Assembly (NCBI GenBank): GCA_963712275.1
Contig: CAVQHD010000001.1
Span: forward strand, 1,472,001-1,536,000
Source: an uncultured Rhabdochlamydiaceae bacterium
GTDB taxonomy: Bacteria; Chlamydiota; Chlamydiia; Chlamydiales; Rhabdochlamydiaceae
Length of the DNA stretch: 64,000 nt
Reading direction: 5' to 3'
Shown here piece after piece: positions 1-8,199 of the stretch. Under the pieces are notes generated by a model. The model ran no database searches and was not told where the DNA came from. It saw only the letters and a program-made list of their open reading frames with translations. The first letter of the stretch is position 1. The number at the start of each line of letters is the position of its first letter. The position numbers and the translations under genes were made by a program.

Positions 1-63
1 AAAACATCACCCGAGCTATCAAATTCCATAGAAAAATAACTCTTTCGTGTATAGAAAGAGAAC

Positions 64-1743
64 ATGGGCAATGCAAAAGAGCCGTGGACCATTTTGTTCG
101 ATTCTCTCCAGAACAAGGGGACGGCGTTTACAGATCAAGAAAGGGACCGTTTTCAGCTGCATGGAAGGCTTCCCTTTCATGTGTCGACTTTGGAAGAACA
201 GGTACAGAGGCGGTACTCTAATTTTAAAGCGCAATCAACAGACCTTGCCAAACACCTTTTTTTATCAGCTCTACGCCACCGAAATGAAGTCCTTTTCTAC
301 AAACTGGTTTCAGAACACACGACAGAAATGCTCCCTTTTCTCTACACGCCAACGGTGGGAGATATGTCGCTGCACTTTAGCTACTTGTATACCGAGCCTC
401 GCGGCCTCTATTTGTCGTATCCTCTTCGGGATAAGTTAGAGCAAATTTTCCTCAGTTTCAAGAAGGGGGATGTCGATGTGATTGTGGTCACAGATGGACA
501 GAGGATTTTAGGGCTTGGGGATCTAGGAGTCGGAGGGATGGCGATTCCTGTTGGAAAACTCACCCTCTATACTTTGTTTGGGGGTATTCACCCTGCCAGG
601 GTGCTTCCTATTTTGCTCGATGTGGGAACAGATAATCCAAGGCTCCTGAGTGATCCGCTTTACCTGGGCTGGCGAGAGCCTCGCATTCAAGGGCAGGAGT
701 ACGACCATTTTATCGAGCAGTTTGTGCAGCAAGTTCAGCGTCATTTTCCAAAGGTTCTTCTTCAATGGGAAGATTTTGGGGGTCTGCATGCCAGGAACCT
801 TCTCGATCGATATCGAAATACAATTTGCAGCTTTAATGACGACATTCAAGGAACCGCAGCAGTGGTTTTGGCAGCGCTTCTTGTTGCAGTGAAACTGAGT
901 CATAGCAAGCTTCATGAGGAGCGAATCGTTATTTTTGGAGGAGGATCGGCGGGAATTGGGATTGCTCACCATCTGGTGGGGGCAATGGAAGAGGCGGGCA
1001 TTCCAAAAGATCAGGCTCTTCGGTCTCTTTATATCGTTGACGTTAGTGGCGTTGTGCATACAGCTCTTCCAGAAATTCCTCCTCATCAAAGACCTTTTGC
1101 TCGGACGGCCGGTGAAGTTAAAAAGTGGAATGTTAGCAACCTCAATCATGTCACTTTGGTCGACCTTGTCAAGGCGGTTCATCCGACGGTTTTAATTGGC
1201 GTCTCTGCGCAAAGTAGTGCTTTTACAGAAGAGATCATCACGACGATGACTCGCTATACAGAGCGGCCGATTATTTTTCCACTTTCGAACCCTACGTCGA
1301 AGTGCGAGGCTCACCCCTCGGATATTTTAACTTGGACAAAGGGGAAAGCAATTATCGCGACCGGCAGCCCCTTTCCCGAGGTTTCTTACGAAGGGCAAGC
1401 GGTTTCTATTGCGCAATGCAACAATGTCTATATTTACCCAGGAGTTGGCCTTGGCGTGGTTGCTTGCAAAGCAAAATCTGTTTCGGAGAGGATGTTTTAT
1501 AAGGCTGCAGAAATTTTAAGCTCCCATTCCCCCATCTTAAAAATGCCCGCAGGGACGTTATTTCCTTCTTTTGAAAAATTACGTGAGATTTCTAAAGAAA
1601 TTGCGCTTGGAGTAATTGAGGTTGCGCAAGATGAAGGGCTCTCTCCAAAGACAGATCAGGCCGCACGTAAAGAGATGGTTGAAAGGCAGATGTGGACTCC
1701 TAAATATGAGAAAGGGCTTTTTCATACTGAGGCTCGTGAGTGA
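64..1743 (+). CDS. maeA: NAD-dependent malic enzyme
   Basis: 559 aa; motifs NKGTAFT, YTPTVG, VTDGQRILGLGDLG, QWEDF, FNDDIQGT, GxGSAG, PLSNP, QCNN. Confidence 0.95.
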   Translation: MGNAKEPWTILFDSLQNKGTAFTDQERDRFQLHGRLPFHVSTLEEQVQRRYSNFKAQSTDLAKHLFLSALRHRNEVLFYKLVSEHTTEMLPFLYTPTVGDMSLHFSYLYTEPRGLYLSYPLRDKLEQIFLSFKKGDVDVIVVTDGQRILGLGDLGVGGMAIPVGKLTLYTLFGGIHPARVLPILLDVGTDNPRLLSDPLYLGWREPRIQGQEYDHFIEQFVQQVQRHFPKVLLQWEDFGGLHARNLLDRYRNTICSFNDDIQGTAAVVLAALLVAVKLSHSKLHEERIVIFGGGSAGIGIAHHLVGAMEEAGIPKDQALRSLYIVDVSGVVHTALPEIPPHQRPFARTAGEVKKWNVSNLNHVTLVDLVKAVHPTVLIGVSAQSSAFTEEIITTMTRYTERPIIFPLSNPTSKCEAHPSDILTWTKGKAIIATGSPFPEVSYEGQAVSIAQCNNVYIYPGVGLGVVACKAKSVSERMFYKAAEILSSHSPILKMPAGTLFPSFEKLREISKEIALGVIEVAQDEGLSPKTDQAARKEMVERQMWTPKYEKGLFHTEARE

Positions 1744-2203
1744 TTTCGCTGACGAGCTCGTGATAAAGGACCCGATTTTGTTCGTCTAATACAAAAACCG
1801 CCCTTGCACAGAGCCCTGCAAGAGGCCCATCGGCCATCCGAGCCCCAAACTGCTCTGCAACTTGAGGAGATTGAAATAACGAAAGAGCGATGATATGTCC
1901 ATAATGAGTTTTGTCATTTAAGCAAATCCGTTGCAAGGCAAAAGGAAGATCCATCGAGCAATAGATCACGACAACATTAGAAATGTTTTGAATTTTTTGG
2001 TTAAACTTTTGAGCTGACGTAGAACAGACAGAAGTGTCCAAGCTGGGGACAAAGCAAACAATTTTTTTCTTTCCATTGAATTCAGCAAGCGATCTTTTCT
2101 TCAGTTCTCCATCGACTCCCATAAGATTAGGGGAGAAAAAACCAATTGTGGGCAGCGATCCCGTCACTTGAATGGGTGATCCCTTTAAAGCGGTCTTTGA
2201 CAT
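1700..2203 (-). CDS. tpx: thiol peroxidase (atypical 2-Cys peroxiredoxin)
   Basis: PSLDTSVC peroxidatic motif, SMDLPFAxxRxC, GPLAGLCARAVFV, V.EIT.EP.Y. Confidence 0.93.
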   Translation of the reverse strand: MSKTALKGSPIQVTGSLPTIGFFSPNLMGVDGELKKRSLAEFNGKKKIVCFVPSLDTSVCSTSAQKFNQKIQNISNVVVIYCSMDLPFALQRICLNDKTHYGHIIALSLFQSPQVAEQFGARMADGPLAGLCARAVFVLDEQNRVLYHELVSEITHEPQYEKALSHI

Positions 2204-2262
2204 TTTAGGCTCCTTATGAAGCGGTAGTATAAATAATTTGACCTGTTAATTCAACTAAAATG

Positions 2263-2328
2263 CCATTTCTTCACCACGGAGGCCGGGGAAGGGGGCAATA
2301 TTACCCCATCTCCGTGGTGAAGAAATGG
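2263..2328. repeat. 19-bp perfect inverted repeat with 28-nt spacer (REP-like hairpin)
   Basis: ccatttcttcaccacggag (2263-2281) / ctccgtggtgaagaaatgg (2310-2328); lies between divergent genes. Confidence 0.85.
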
Positions 2329-2413
2329 AAATAAGCCTGAGTGAGCAAAAGTTTCAAACAGACGCTAAAAATTCCTTGAAAGAAAGTAAAAGTTATGTAA
2401 AACTCACTCCGAA

Positions 2414-2893
2414 ATGAAAAAACAGGATGTTTCAAAAACTGCTCGGGCCTCTTTGAGTGAACAAAAATGCGAAGAGGCAAAAGCCCTTTCCCCCTTGATG
2501 GCTCGAATTCGGATTCCTACGAAACGCCCTTCTTCCACTCCGCCTTTAACCAATAAAAAATCACCTTTGCAAGCCACTAAAAAAGGGTCTTCTGAAGTTG
2601 CCTGCACAGACATCGTTTCTTCCCATCTTCCCAATCACCCTGAATCGAGCGGGAATCCTATCTCAAAGCGAGTTCATCGCTGGCACTCTAAAAAAACAGC
2701 CACCGTCTTAAAAAAGATAGGAGAGGCTCATGAGGCAAAAGATCGGAAACTAGGAGAAAAAATCTCTATTGTCTCTGAGACAACCCCTGAGCAGCAGCTT
2801 CAGAGTGAGCAAGACGAGCTTTGGCGCGACATGATGAAGCCTCATGAAGAGAGGAACTTTCAAATTAGCCGCATTACAAACTTTTTTTCCTAG
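2414..2893 (+). CDS. hypothetical basic, low-complexity protein
   Basis: 159-aa ORF, Lys/Ser-rich, no recognisable motif. Confidence 0.55.
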   Translation: MKKQDVSKTARASLSEQKCEEAKALSPLMARIRIPTKRPSSTPPLTNKKSPLQATKKGSSEVACTDIVSSHLPNHPESSGNPISKRVHRWHSKKTATVLKKIGEAHEAKDRKLGEKISIVSETTPEQQLQSEQDELWRDMMKPHEERNFQISRITNFFS

Positions 2894-2896
2894 AAA

Positions 2897-2962
2897 CCGA
2901 CCAATTTAAGGTACTTGCGAGAATAGTCGCGACTAATTTAAGATGGTGCTTAAGATGGTCGG
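2897..2962. promoter_or_regulatory. direct and inverted ~13-bp repeats, putative operator of the AAA/DUF4143 gene
   Basis: cgaccaatttaag (2898), cgactaatttaag (2930), inverted cttaagatggtcg (2949), just before ggagg RBS and ATG 2983. Confidence 0.5.
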
Positions 2963-2982
2963 ATTTGTGCGGAGGTTCCTAA

Positions 2983-3313
2983 ATGAGAAGACTTTATGAG
3001 TTGGTTCTCGAGCAGCATTTAAAAGAAGACAGACAGAGGATTTGGGGAATTTGGGCTTCATTTTTTGCGAGATAAGGAAAAGCGGGAAGTCGATTTTTTA
3101 GTTTCAAAAAATAAAAAACCTTGGTTTATCGTAGAGGTTAAAAGCACAAAAGAAAAAGCACTGTCTAAATCTCTCTTTTACTATCAAGAAGCCACGCAAG
3201 CTTCTCATGCCTTTCAAGTTGTTTTTGATATGGATTATATTGAAGGCAATTGTTTTGCTTCGAATGAGCCTATTGTCGTTCCAGCTAAAACATTTCTATC
3301 TCAGTTGATTTAG
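2983..3313 (+). pseudogene. internally deleted AAA_14/DUF4143-type ATPase-nuclease gene
   Basis: ATG 2983 gives MRRLYELVLEQHLKEDRQ, joined out of frame to TDRGFGEFGLHFLRDKEKREVDF...VEVK (PD-(D/E)xK-like C-terminus); P-loop region absent. Confidence 0.7.
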
Positions 3314-3326
3314 GGCCCGTCGCGGG

Positions 3327-4067
3327 TTAAAAGTTATTCATCGATGGGCGCTTAATTGCCACTCCTGAATACCCCATCTTAAGGGACGCATGGAACTGAA
3401 ACTCCAAGTCGCCTGGCACAACTCGAGTCAAAACCATTTTCCAGGTGGGCCACTTACTCCATCTAAGGCCCACGCCATTCATGGTTTGAACCTGCATCTC
3501 ATAGGTCTTGCACCACTTTGTGAGCTCTTCAGGACGAATAAATAGATCGTAGACATGCATGTTAGGCGGCGCATTTTTAACGCACCATTCGACACCTTTA
3601 ATGACAAAAAGCCAGCTTAAGGCTGTTCGGTTAAACGTATGAAAAAAGAAAAGGCCTCCTGGTTTTAATAGCCGCGCTGCTTCTTGGATCACATTTTGAG
3701 GTTTCTCGACGTGCTCTAGAAGGTCCATTGCACATACAGCATCAAATATTGAGGCGGGGAGGGGAATGGTCATGGCATCTGCTTCTAAATAATGCACCTT
3801 CTTCGACGTGTCAAATTTACGGGCTACGTCTAGGGTAGAAGAGGATTGATCGACACCGGTGACGTCATGACCTAAGGCAGATAGCATATTCGTCAGTAAG
3901 CCTGCCCCACATCCTAGATCGACCACTTTAGATCTTGGAGTAAGATGGCCTGCAATCCATGGGTTTCGAAGGCGGTTTTCTGCTCGCAAAAGAGCAATAG
4001 GGTGGCTCATCGCAAGATACCAGTCCTCTCCTAAAGAGTGATAAAAATCATTGTTGATAGTTTTCAT
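3327..4067 (-). CDS. UbiG-like SAM-dependent O-methyltransferase
   Basis: VDLGCGAG motif I, FDAVCAMDLLEHV, LKPGGLFFFHTFNRT, H.YDLFIRPEEL as in the UbiG family. Confidence 0.85.
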   Translation of the reverse strand: MKTINNDFYHSLGEDWYLAMSHPIALLRAENRLRNPWIAGHLTPRSKVVDLGCGAGLLTNMLSALGHDVTGVDQSSSTLDVARKFDTSKKVHYLEADAMTIPLPASIFDAVCAMDLLEHVEKPQNVIQEAARLLKPGGLFFFHTFNRTALSWLFVIKGVEWCVKNAPPNMHVYDLFIRPEELTKWCKTYEMQVQTMNGVGLRWSKWPTWKMVLTRVVPGDLEFQFHASLKMGYSGVAIKRPSMNNF

Positions 4068-4533
4068 GAATAAAGTTCCAATAAATTACTTGGTAGAGAA
4101 AAAAACCGATTGCTCCAATCAACTGAGAAAGGACTAAAAATTGCAAAGCGTTAAGTGAGGGGAGAAAAGCAAAAAATTGATGGCCGTGAAGGTGAGGCCA
4201 GATAAGACCTAAACACCCTAAAACAATCGAGTGGTTGACAAAGAGAATTGCGTGAAGCCACTGTTCCGCTGCAGGGCAGTGGTCTTTATGGATAAACTCA
4301 TCCTTTGTGACAAAGAGGGATGAAAAAAGGGCAAGGGCAATATACCACCCGATCATCGAGTGCTCAAAAGGGACAAGCCATGCAAATCCCAAGCAGGCAA
4401 TGACGGTCAGCGTATCTAAAGGGTGGCCTATTCGTTCCCACCTAGGAAGGTCTCGCTTCCTATGAAAAAGCGCTTCGTCTAAGACAATGACGATCATTTG
4501 CAGAAAGAAGGGAATAAAAATCACCGTTTGCAT
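4048..4533 (-). CDS. polytopic membrane protein with several His motifs, in PKS operon
   Basis: ~5 hydrophobic segments; DE..FH, WERIGHPLDT, TKDEFIH, EQWLH; overlaps both neighbours. Confidence 0.7.
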   Translation of the reverse strand: MQTVIFIPFFLQMIVIVLDEALFHRKRDLPRWERIGHPLDTLTVIACLGFAWLVPFEHSMIGWYIALALFSSLFVTKDEFIHKDHCPAAEQWLHAILFVNHSIVLGCLGLIWPHLHGHQFFAFLPSLNALQFLVLSQLIGAIGFFLYQVIYWNFIHENYQQ

Positions 4534-5609
4534 TGAAAAACCGCTCCCGCCAGTGTCAGCCCAGGTCCGTAAGCCAAGCTGACAATCATGGAATTTTGTT
4601 TGACCAAGGGATCATCCCACATGGAGGCCCAAATATGTGGGAGCGTTGCTGAAGACATATTTCCAAATCGGTTGAATACAGCCGCTGTGTGAGACCATTG
4701 CCACGGCTCTAATTGAAGGATGCCAGCCACTTGTTCAATGATTTTAGACCCCCCAGGATGAATCGCAAAATAAACCCTACTTTTCTCTGCCACTCCACCT
4801 TTACGCAAAAGCTTGCTTACAAAGGAGGGAAGCGCCTTCACAATTAAGGCAGGAACTTGGATAGAAAGAGTCATTTTCATCCCCCAATCATCGCACGACC
4901 ATGACATCACATCGATAGAATCGCTCACAAGCTCTTCTTGGGTAGCCAGGAGTTCAAATCCTGGGCTCCCTTCTCCAGAAATAGAGTACTTGATAAAACC
5001 ATCTGCAAATAGAGACTGAACGACAAGCTGCTCTAGAGAGTGCAAAGAAGGATTAAAATGGAGGCTGCACACCTCTGTATGGACAATGTCAACAGATTCC
5101 CTTACCCCATTTGGAGCCATTCTGAGAGCAGGAATAGCAGCATAACACCCCATGTGGTAGGCATGGGTAACAATTGTCCTTTGCCCAGCTCCTCGTAAAG
5201 AGACGAGCTTTTGCGCTGGACTTGGGGCCACATATCCGGTACATGTCACATGGATCAAGTGGGAGGGCAGGGGAGAGGCCTGGGGATAAAACCGAGCTAA
5301 AATCCCCGTGGCAATTCTGTCAAATACCGCCGTCCGTACCCCAAAGCCAGCCCCCGCCTGATGGGTCGCAGCCGAATAGACCTCCATTTCGTCCCAATTT
5401 TCATGCAAACAATCTTTAAGGGAAACCCCTCTCTGGCTCATCTTCCCTCGCCCCAGCCCAATCTTTTTCAGCAGCCTTAACATAGAAGCTCCCACAGACT
5501 TATCTTGAGCAGAAACTCCATGAGCTGCCGCTACCCATTCAAGGGTTTTCTCTTGATCCAGCTCATACTCAGGGCGAATGACATGAAATTGAGAAAGAGT
5601 GATTGTCAT
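4521..5609 (-). CDS. type III polyketide synthase (chalcone/stilbene synthase-like)
   Basis: Cys-His-Asn triad: HMGCYAA, IHPGG, GNMSSAT; also TCTG, EVCSLH, SLFADG, AYGPGL. Confidence 0.92.
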   Translation of the reverse strand: MTITLSQFHVIRPEYELDQEKTLEWVAAAHGVSAQDKSVGASMLRLLKKIGLGRGKMSQRGVSLKDCLHENWDEMEVYSAATHQAGAGFGVRTAVFDRIATGILARFYPQASPLPSHLIHVTCTGYVAPSPAQKLVSLRGAGQRTIVTHAYHMGCYAAIPALRMAPNGVRESVDIVHTEVCSLHFNPSLHSLEQLVVQSLFADGFIKYSISGEGSPGFELLATQEELVSDSIDVMSWSCDDWGMKMTLSIQVPALIVKALPSFVSKLLRKGGVAEKSRVYFAIHPGGSKIIEQVAGILQLEPWQWSHTAAVFNRFGNMSSATLPHIWASMWDDPLVKQNSMIVSLAYGPGLTLAGAVFQCKR

Positions 5610-5659
5610 ACCGACCTACTTTAACGATTTTTTTGAATTTAGTCCAAGGGTAGATCATA

Positions 5660-5833
5660 ACATCCTTGTATATCAATTGCTTAGGGAAACCATGAAATAC
5701 ACCTGCTATTAGTTGTTTATTATCAGATAGTCGAGTCTATATTAATAGTTTAAAAAACTATTACAAAATAAATAATTTATAAGATATAATAAAATTATCA
5801 TTTAAATAAAACTATATAAAAAAGGCAAAAATT
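5660..5833 (+). promoter_or_regulatory. conserved upstream module copy 1 (IHF-like site, TATAAT, RBS)
   Basis: tatcaattgctta at 5671 fits WATCAANNNNTTR; tataat 5785; alignable with 6335-6514 and 7415-7589. Confidence 0.6.
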
Positions 5834-6325
5834 ATGAGTACGGGTGCGGTTCGTAATACTGGATATAGACAAATCGATCCTAATCAGTGGACAGGGGTTA
5901 ATGGAAGGCTTTGGCGTTGGTTTATAGGTAGAGCTTCCCAATTTGCAAGAGTCTTTATCAATTTGGGAGCTGCTTTTCTCCAGGGCTTAAAATGCATTGG
6001 TAAAGCGGGCGTAATAGTACTTTCTGGTATGGCTTATGAATTCAAAGGAGATTTTTCAACTCGGGCACTTGGTATTGATGGCATTGCTCTTTTGGCTTTA
6101 GTAAAAATAGCCGCTAAATGTGCAAAGAAAACCCTTGTTGCTCCAAGTTCAAAAGACGATGACTTTTTTGATGGAGTAAAAGAAACTGCTGAAATCCTTA
6201 GTGGAGACCTGCAATGTTATCGCGATGTTTGTAAAGCTTCTAGTAGAAAGATAGTGTTTAGAGAAGAAAAATATACCTTATCTGAAATATTTAATATTGT
6301 TCTTTATAATAGGCATGGGGAATAA
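5834..6325 (+). CDS. hypothetical protein, tandem paralog A1 (QWTGVNGRLWRW family)
   Basis: 163 aa; shares N-terminal motif with 6515 and central region with 7590. Confidence 0.75.
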   Translation: MSTGAVRNTGYRQIDPNQWTGVNGRLWRWFIGRASQFARVFINLGAAFLQGLKCIGKAGVIVLSGMAYEFKGDFSTRALGIDGIALLALVKIAAKCAKKTLVAPSSKDDDFFDGVKETAEILSGDLQCYRDVCKASSRKIVFREEKYTLSEIFNIVLYNRHGE

Positions 6326-6334
6326 TTGTCATTA

Positions 6335-6514
6335 TCTTCTTGTGTATCAATCGCTTAAGAAAGCGCTTGAAATATGACTGTGATTAGCAATTGAATGTTA
6401 GATGGTTGTGTCTAATGTTAAAAATTTGTAAATATTATTTGTAAAATAAATACTTTATAAGCTATAATGAAATTACATTTTAAATAAAACTATATAATAA
6501 AAAAGGATAAAATC
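6335..6514 (+). promoter_or_regulatory. conserved upstream module copy 2
   Basis: tatcaatcgctta at 6345; aaataaatactttataagctataat; aaaaaggataaaatcATG. Confidence 0.6.
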
Positions 6515-7066
6515 ATGAGTACTGGCACTGAATTTAATCCACGCCGTGAACCAACAGATAATCCATCAAATAATCAAACAGAACCTGATCAATGGACAGG
6601 GGTTAATGGAAGGCTTTGGCGTTGGACAATAGGCCGCGGCGACTATCTTCTACAGACTGCATTTAATCTAGGCGCGCTATTTGTGCAGGCAATCAAAATG
6701 ATTGTAGAAGTGGTTTCTCTGCCTGCTCGTTATGTCACTTACGCAATCAATAAGGCAGCAGATGAAGAGCTTAAAACATCACCTTATCCTAGTAAAGTCG
6801 ATAAGAACGAGGAAGCAGATGTCCTATCTCCGTTTGATGAGCTTGCCCTAGACGGCATTACCTTCATTGTCATAGGAAAACTAATTGGCCAATGCTCAGG
6901 AACAACTCTTGTTGCCCCAGGGCCACATGATCAAGAGCTTTCTGCGGGAGTGAGGGTTACCATTGATCTTTTCAAAGGTGGACTACACAAACTTCATCAA
7001 AGGGCGCCTGTTGAGTGGTCTATAAGTCGACTATTTAATAGGTTGGTTCTTGGAGTAGGAAGATGA
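6515..7066 (+). CDS. hypothetical protein, tandem paralog B1
   Basis: 183 aa; DQWTGVNGRLWRW, NLGA.F.Q, ALDGI, TLVAP shared with A1. Confidence 0.75.
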   Translation: MSTGTEFNPRREPTDNPSNNQTEPDQWTGVNGRLWRWTIGRGDYLLQTAFNLGALFVQAIKMIVEVVSLPARYVTYAINKAADEELKTSPYPSKVDKNEEADVLSPFDELALDGITFIVIGKLIGQCSGTTLVAPGPHDQELSAGVRVTIDLFKGGLHKLHQRAPVEWSISRLFNRLVLGVGR

Positions 7067-7075
7067 CTTTTTTGA

Positions 7076-7438
7076 ATCCAGTCCAAGGGTATATCAGAAA
7101 AACCTTCAGACTCTAATCCGTATCGAGGAATAGGGGTTAATGGAAGGCTTTGGCGCTGGACAATAGGTCGCGGTAGCTATTTTCTACAAACCATGCTCAA
7201 TATAGCAGCCTTGTTTGTACAGACGTTTAAAATGGTTAAAGGACTCGCCTATCCTCAGGAAGATGTTGCCCCAGAGCCAGGGGACAACGATCTTTCTAAG
7301 GGAGTGGAGGTTACCGTTAATCTTCTCAAAGGGAAAATACATGAAATTTATCAAGGCGGTAAGGGTAAGTTCTCCATAAGGCAACTATTTAAAATCACTG
7401 TTTTAGGATCTAGTCCACAGAGCATCAACAACTTATGA
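7076..7438 (+). pseudogene. degenerate paralog B2 (no canonical start before the motif, internal deletion)
   Basis: Frame open from 7076 contains GVNGRLWRWTIGRG..LQT and VAP.P.D..LS.GV.VT, but lacks the middle of B1; in-frame TGA at 7073. Confidence 0.65.
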
Positions 7439-7589
7439 AAGACCATGAAATATAACAATGATTAGCGACTGAATATCAATTAGTTATCCAAAATATTAAG
7501 AATATGTAAAAGATTATTTGTAAATAAATACTTTATAAGCTATAATAATGTTATAGATTAAATAAAAATATATAAAAAAGGATGATTTT
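7415..7589 (+). promoter_or_regulatory. conserved upstream module copy 3
   Basis: catcaacaactta 7423, tatcaattagtta 7474, aaataaatactttataagctataat, tataat 7541. Confidence 0.6.
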
Positions 7590-7994
7590 ATGACCATGAT
7601 TATTAATAGCCACACATTTAGAATGTGTCTTAATCTGGGGGCTACTGTTCTCCAGGGCTTAAAATGCGTTGCTAGGGGCGCTGCCATGGCAATACTTTCT
7701 ATTACGGCTAATGGATTCAAGGGAGATTTTTCAACTCGGGCACTTGCCATTGATGGCATTGCTTTCCTTGCTTTAGGAAAACAGACTGCTATAGATGCAA
7801 AAAACGCATTTAATGTTCCACGTTCAAAAGACAATTTTTGTGAAGACATGGTGAAAACCGGTCGATTCCTTCGTGGAGACCTACAATCTCCCAGATATGC
7901 TGATATGACTCCATCTGAAATATTCAATAAATTCTTTCCCAAGGTAGAAGTAGTAGAGACTGCTTTTGGGACAACCAAGGTCCGTAAAGTCTGA
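7590..7994 (+). CDS. hypothetical protein, tandem paralog A2 (lacks N-terminal WRW motif)
   Basis: NLGA..LQGLKC, FKGDFSTRAL.IDGIA, P.SKD.F, L.GDLQ shared with A1. Confidence 0.7.
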   Translation: MTMIINSHTFRMCLNLGATVLQGLKCVARGAAMAILSITANGFKGDFSTRALAIDGIAFLALGKQTAIDAKNAFNVPRSKDNFCEDMVKTGRFLRGDLQSPRYADMTPSEIFNKFFPKVEVVETAFGTTKVRKV

Positions 7995-8015
7995 TAATTA
8001 ATCTTATGTTCGATT

Positions 8016-8055
8016 CAAAGGCAGGGCTATAGCTTAGCCCTGCCTTTGCTTTTTA
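8016..8055. terminator. intrinsic terminator between convergent genes
   Basis: caaaggcagggcta / tagccctgcctttg 14-bp stem followed by a T-run. Confidence 0.75.
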
Positions 8056-8199
8056 GGCGTATGCATGCACAAGCTTTGCTAATGTCTTGACTGTCGGATT
8101 TCCTCCTTCAAGATGATATACAGTCGAACGCGCTACTTCAGCTTCTTCTGCAAGATGTGTTTTATTGGAAGCTTCAAGATAAATTCTAATGACTTCGAT

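Noticed and set aside
1700..1743. 44-bp convergent overlap of malic enzyme and tpx
   Set aside because: Short 3' overlaps are common in this compact window (also marC/radC); no further signal
3327..4067. Naming the gene ubiG (ubiquinone synthesis)
   Set aside because: Context is a PKS operon and no other ubi genes are in the window; left as UbiG-like
5630..7994. Possible CRISPR or other regular non-coding repeat array
   Set aside because: Repeat units are long, diverged and include coding sequence; no short identical repeats with unique spacers, and no cas genes
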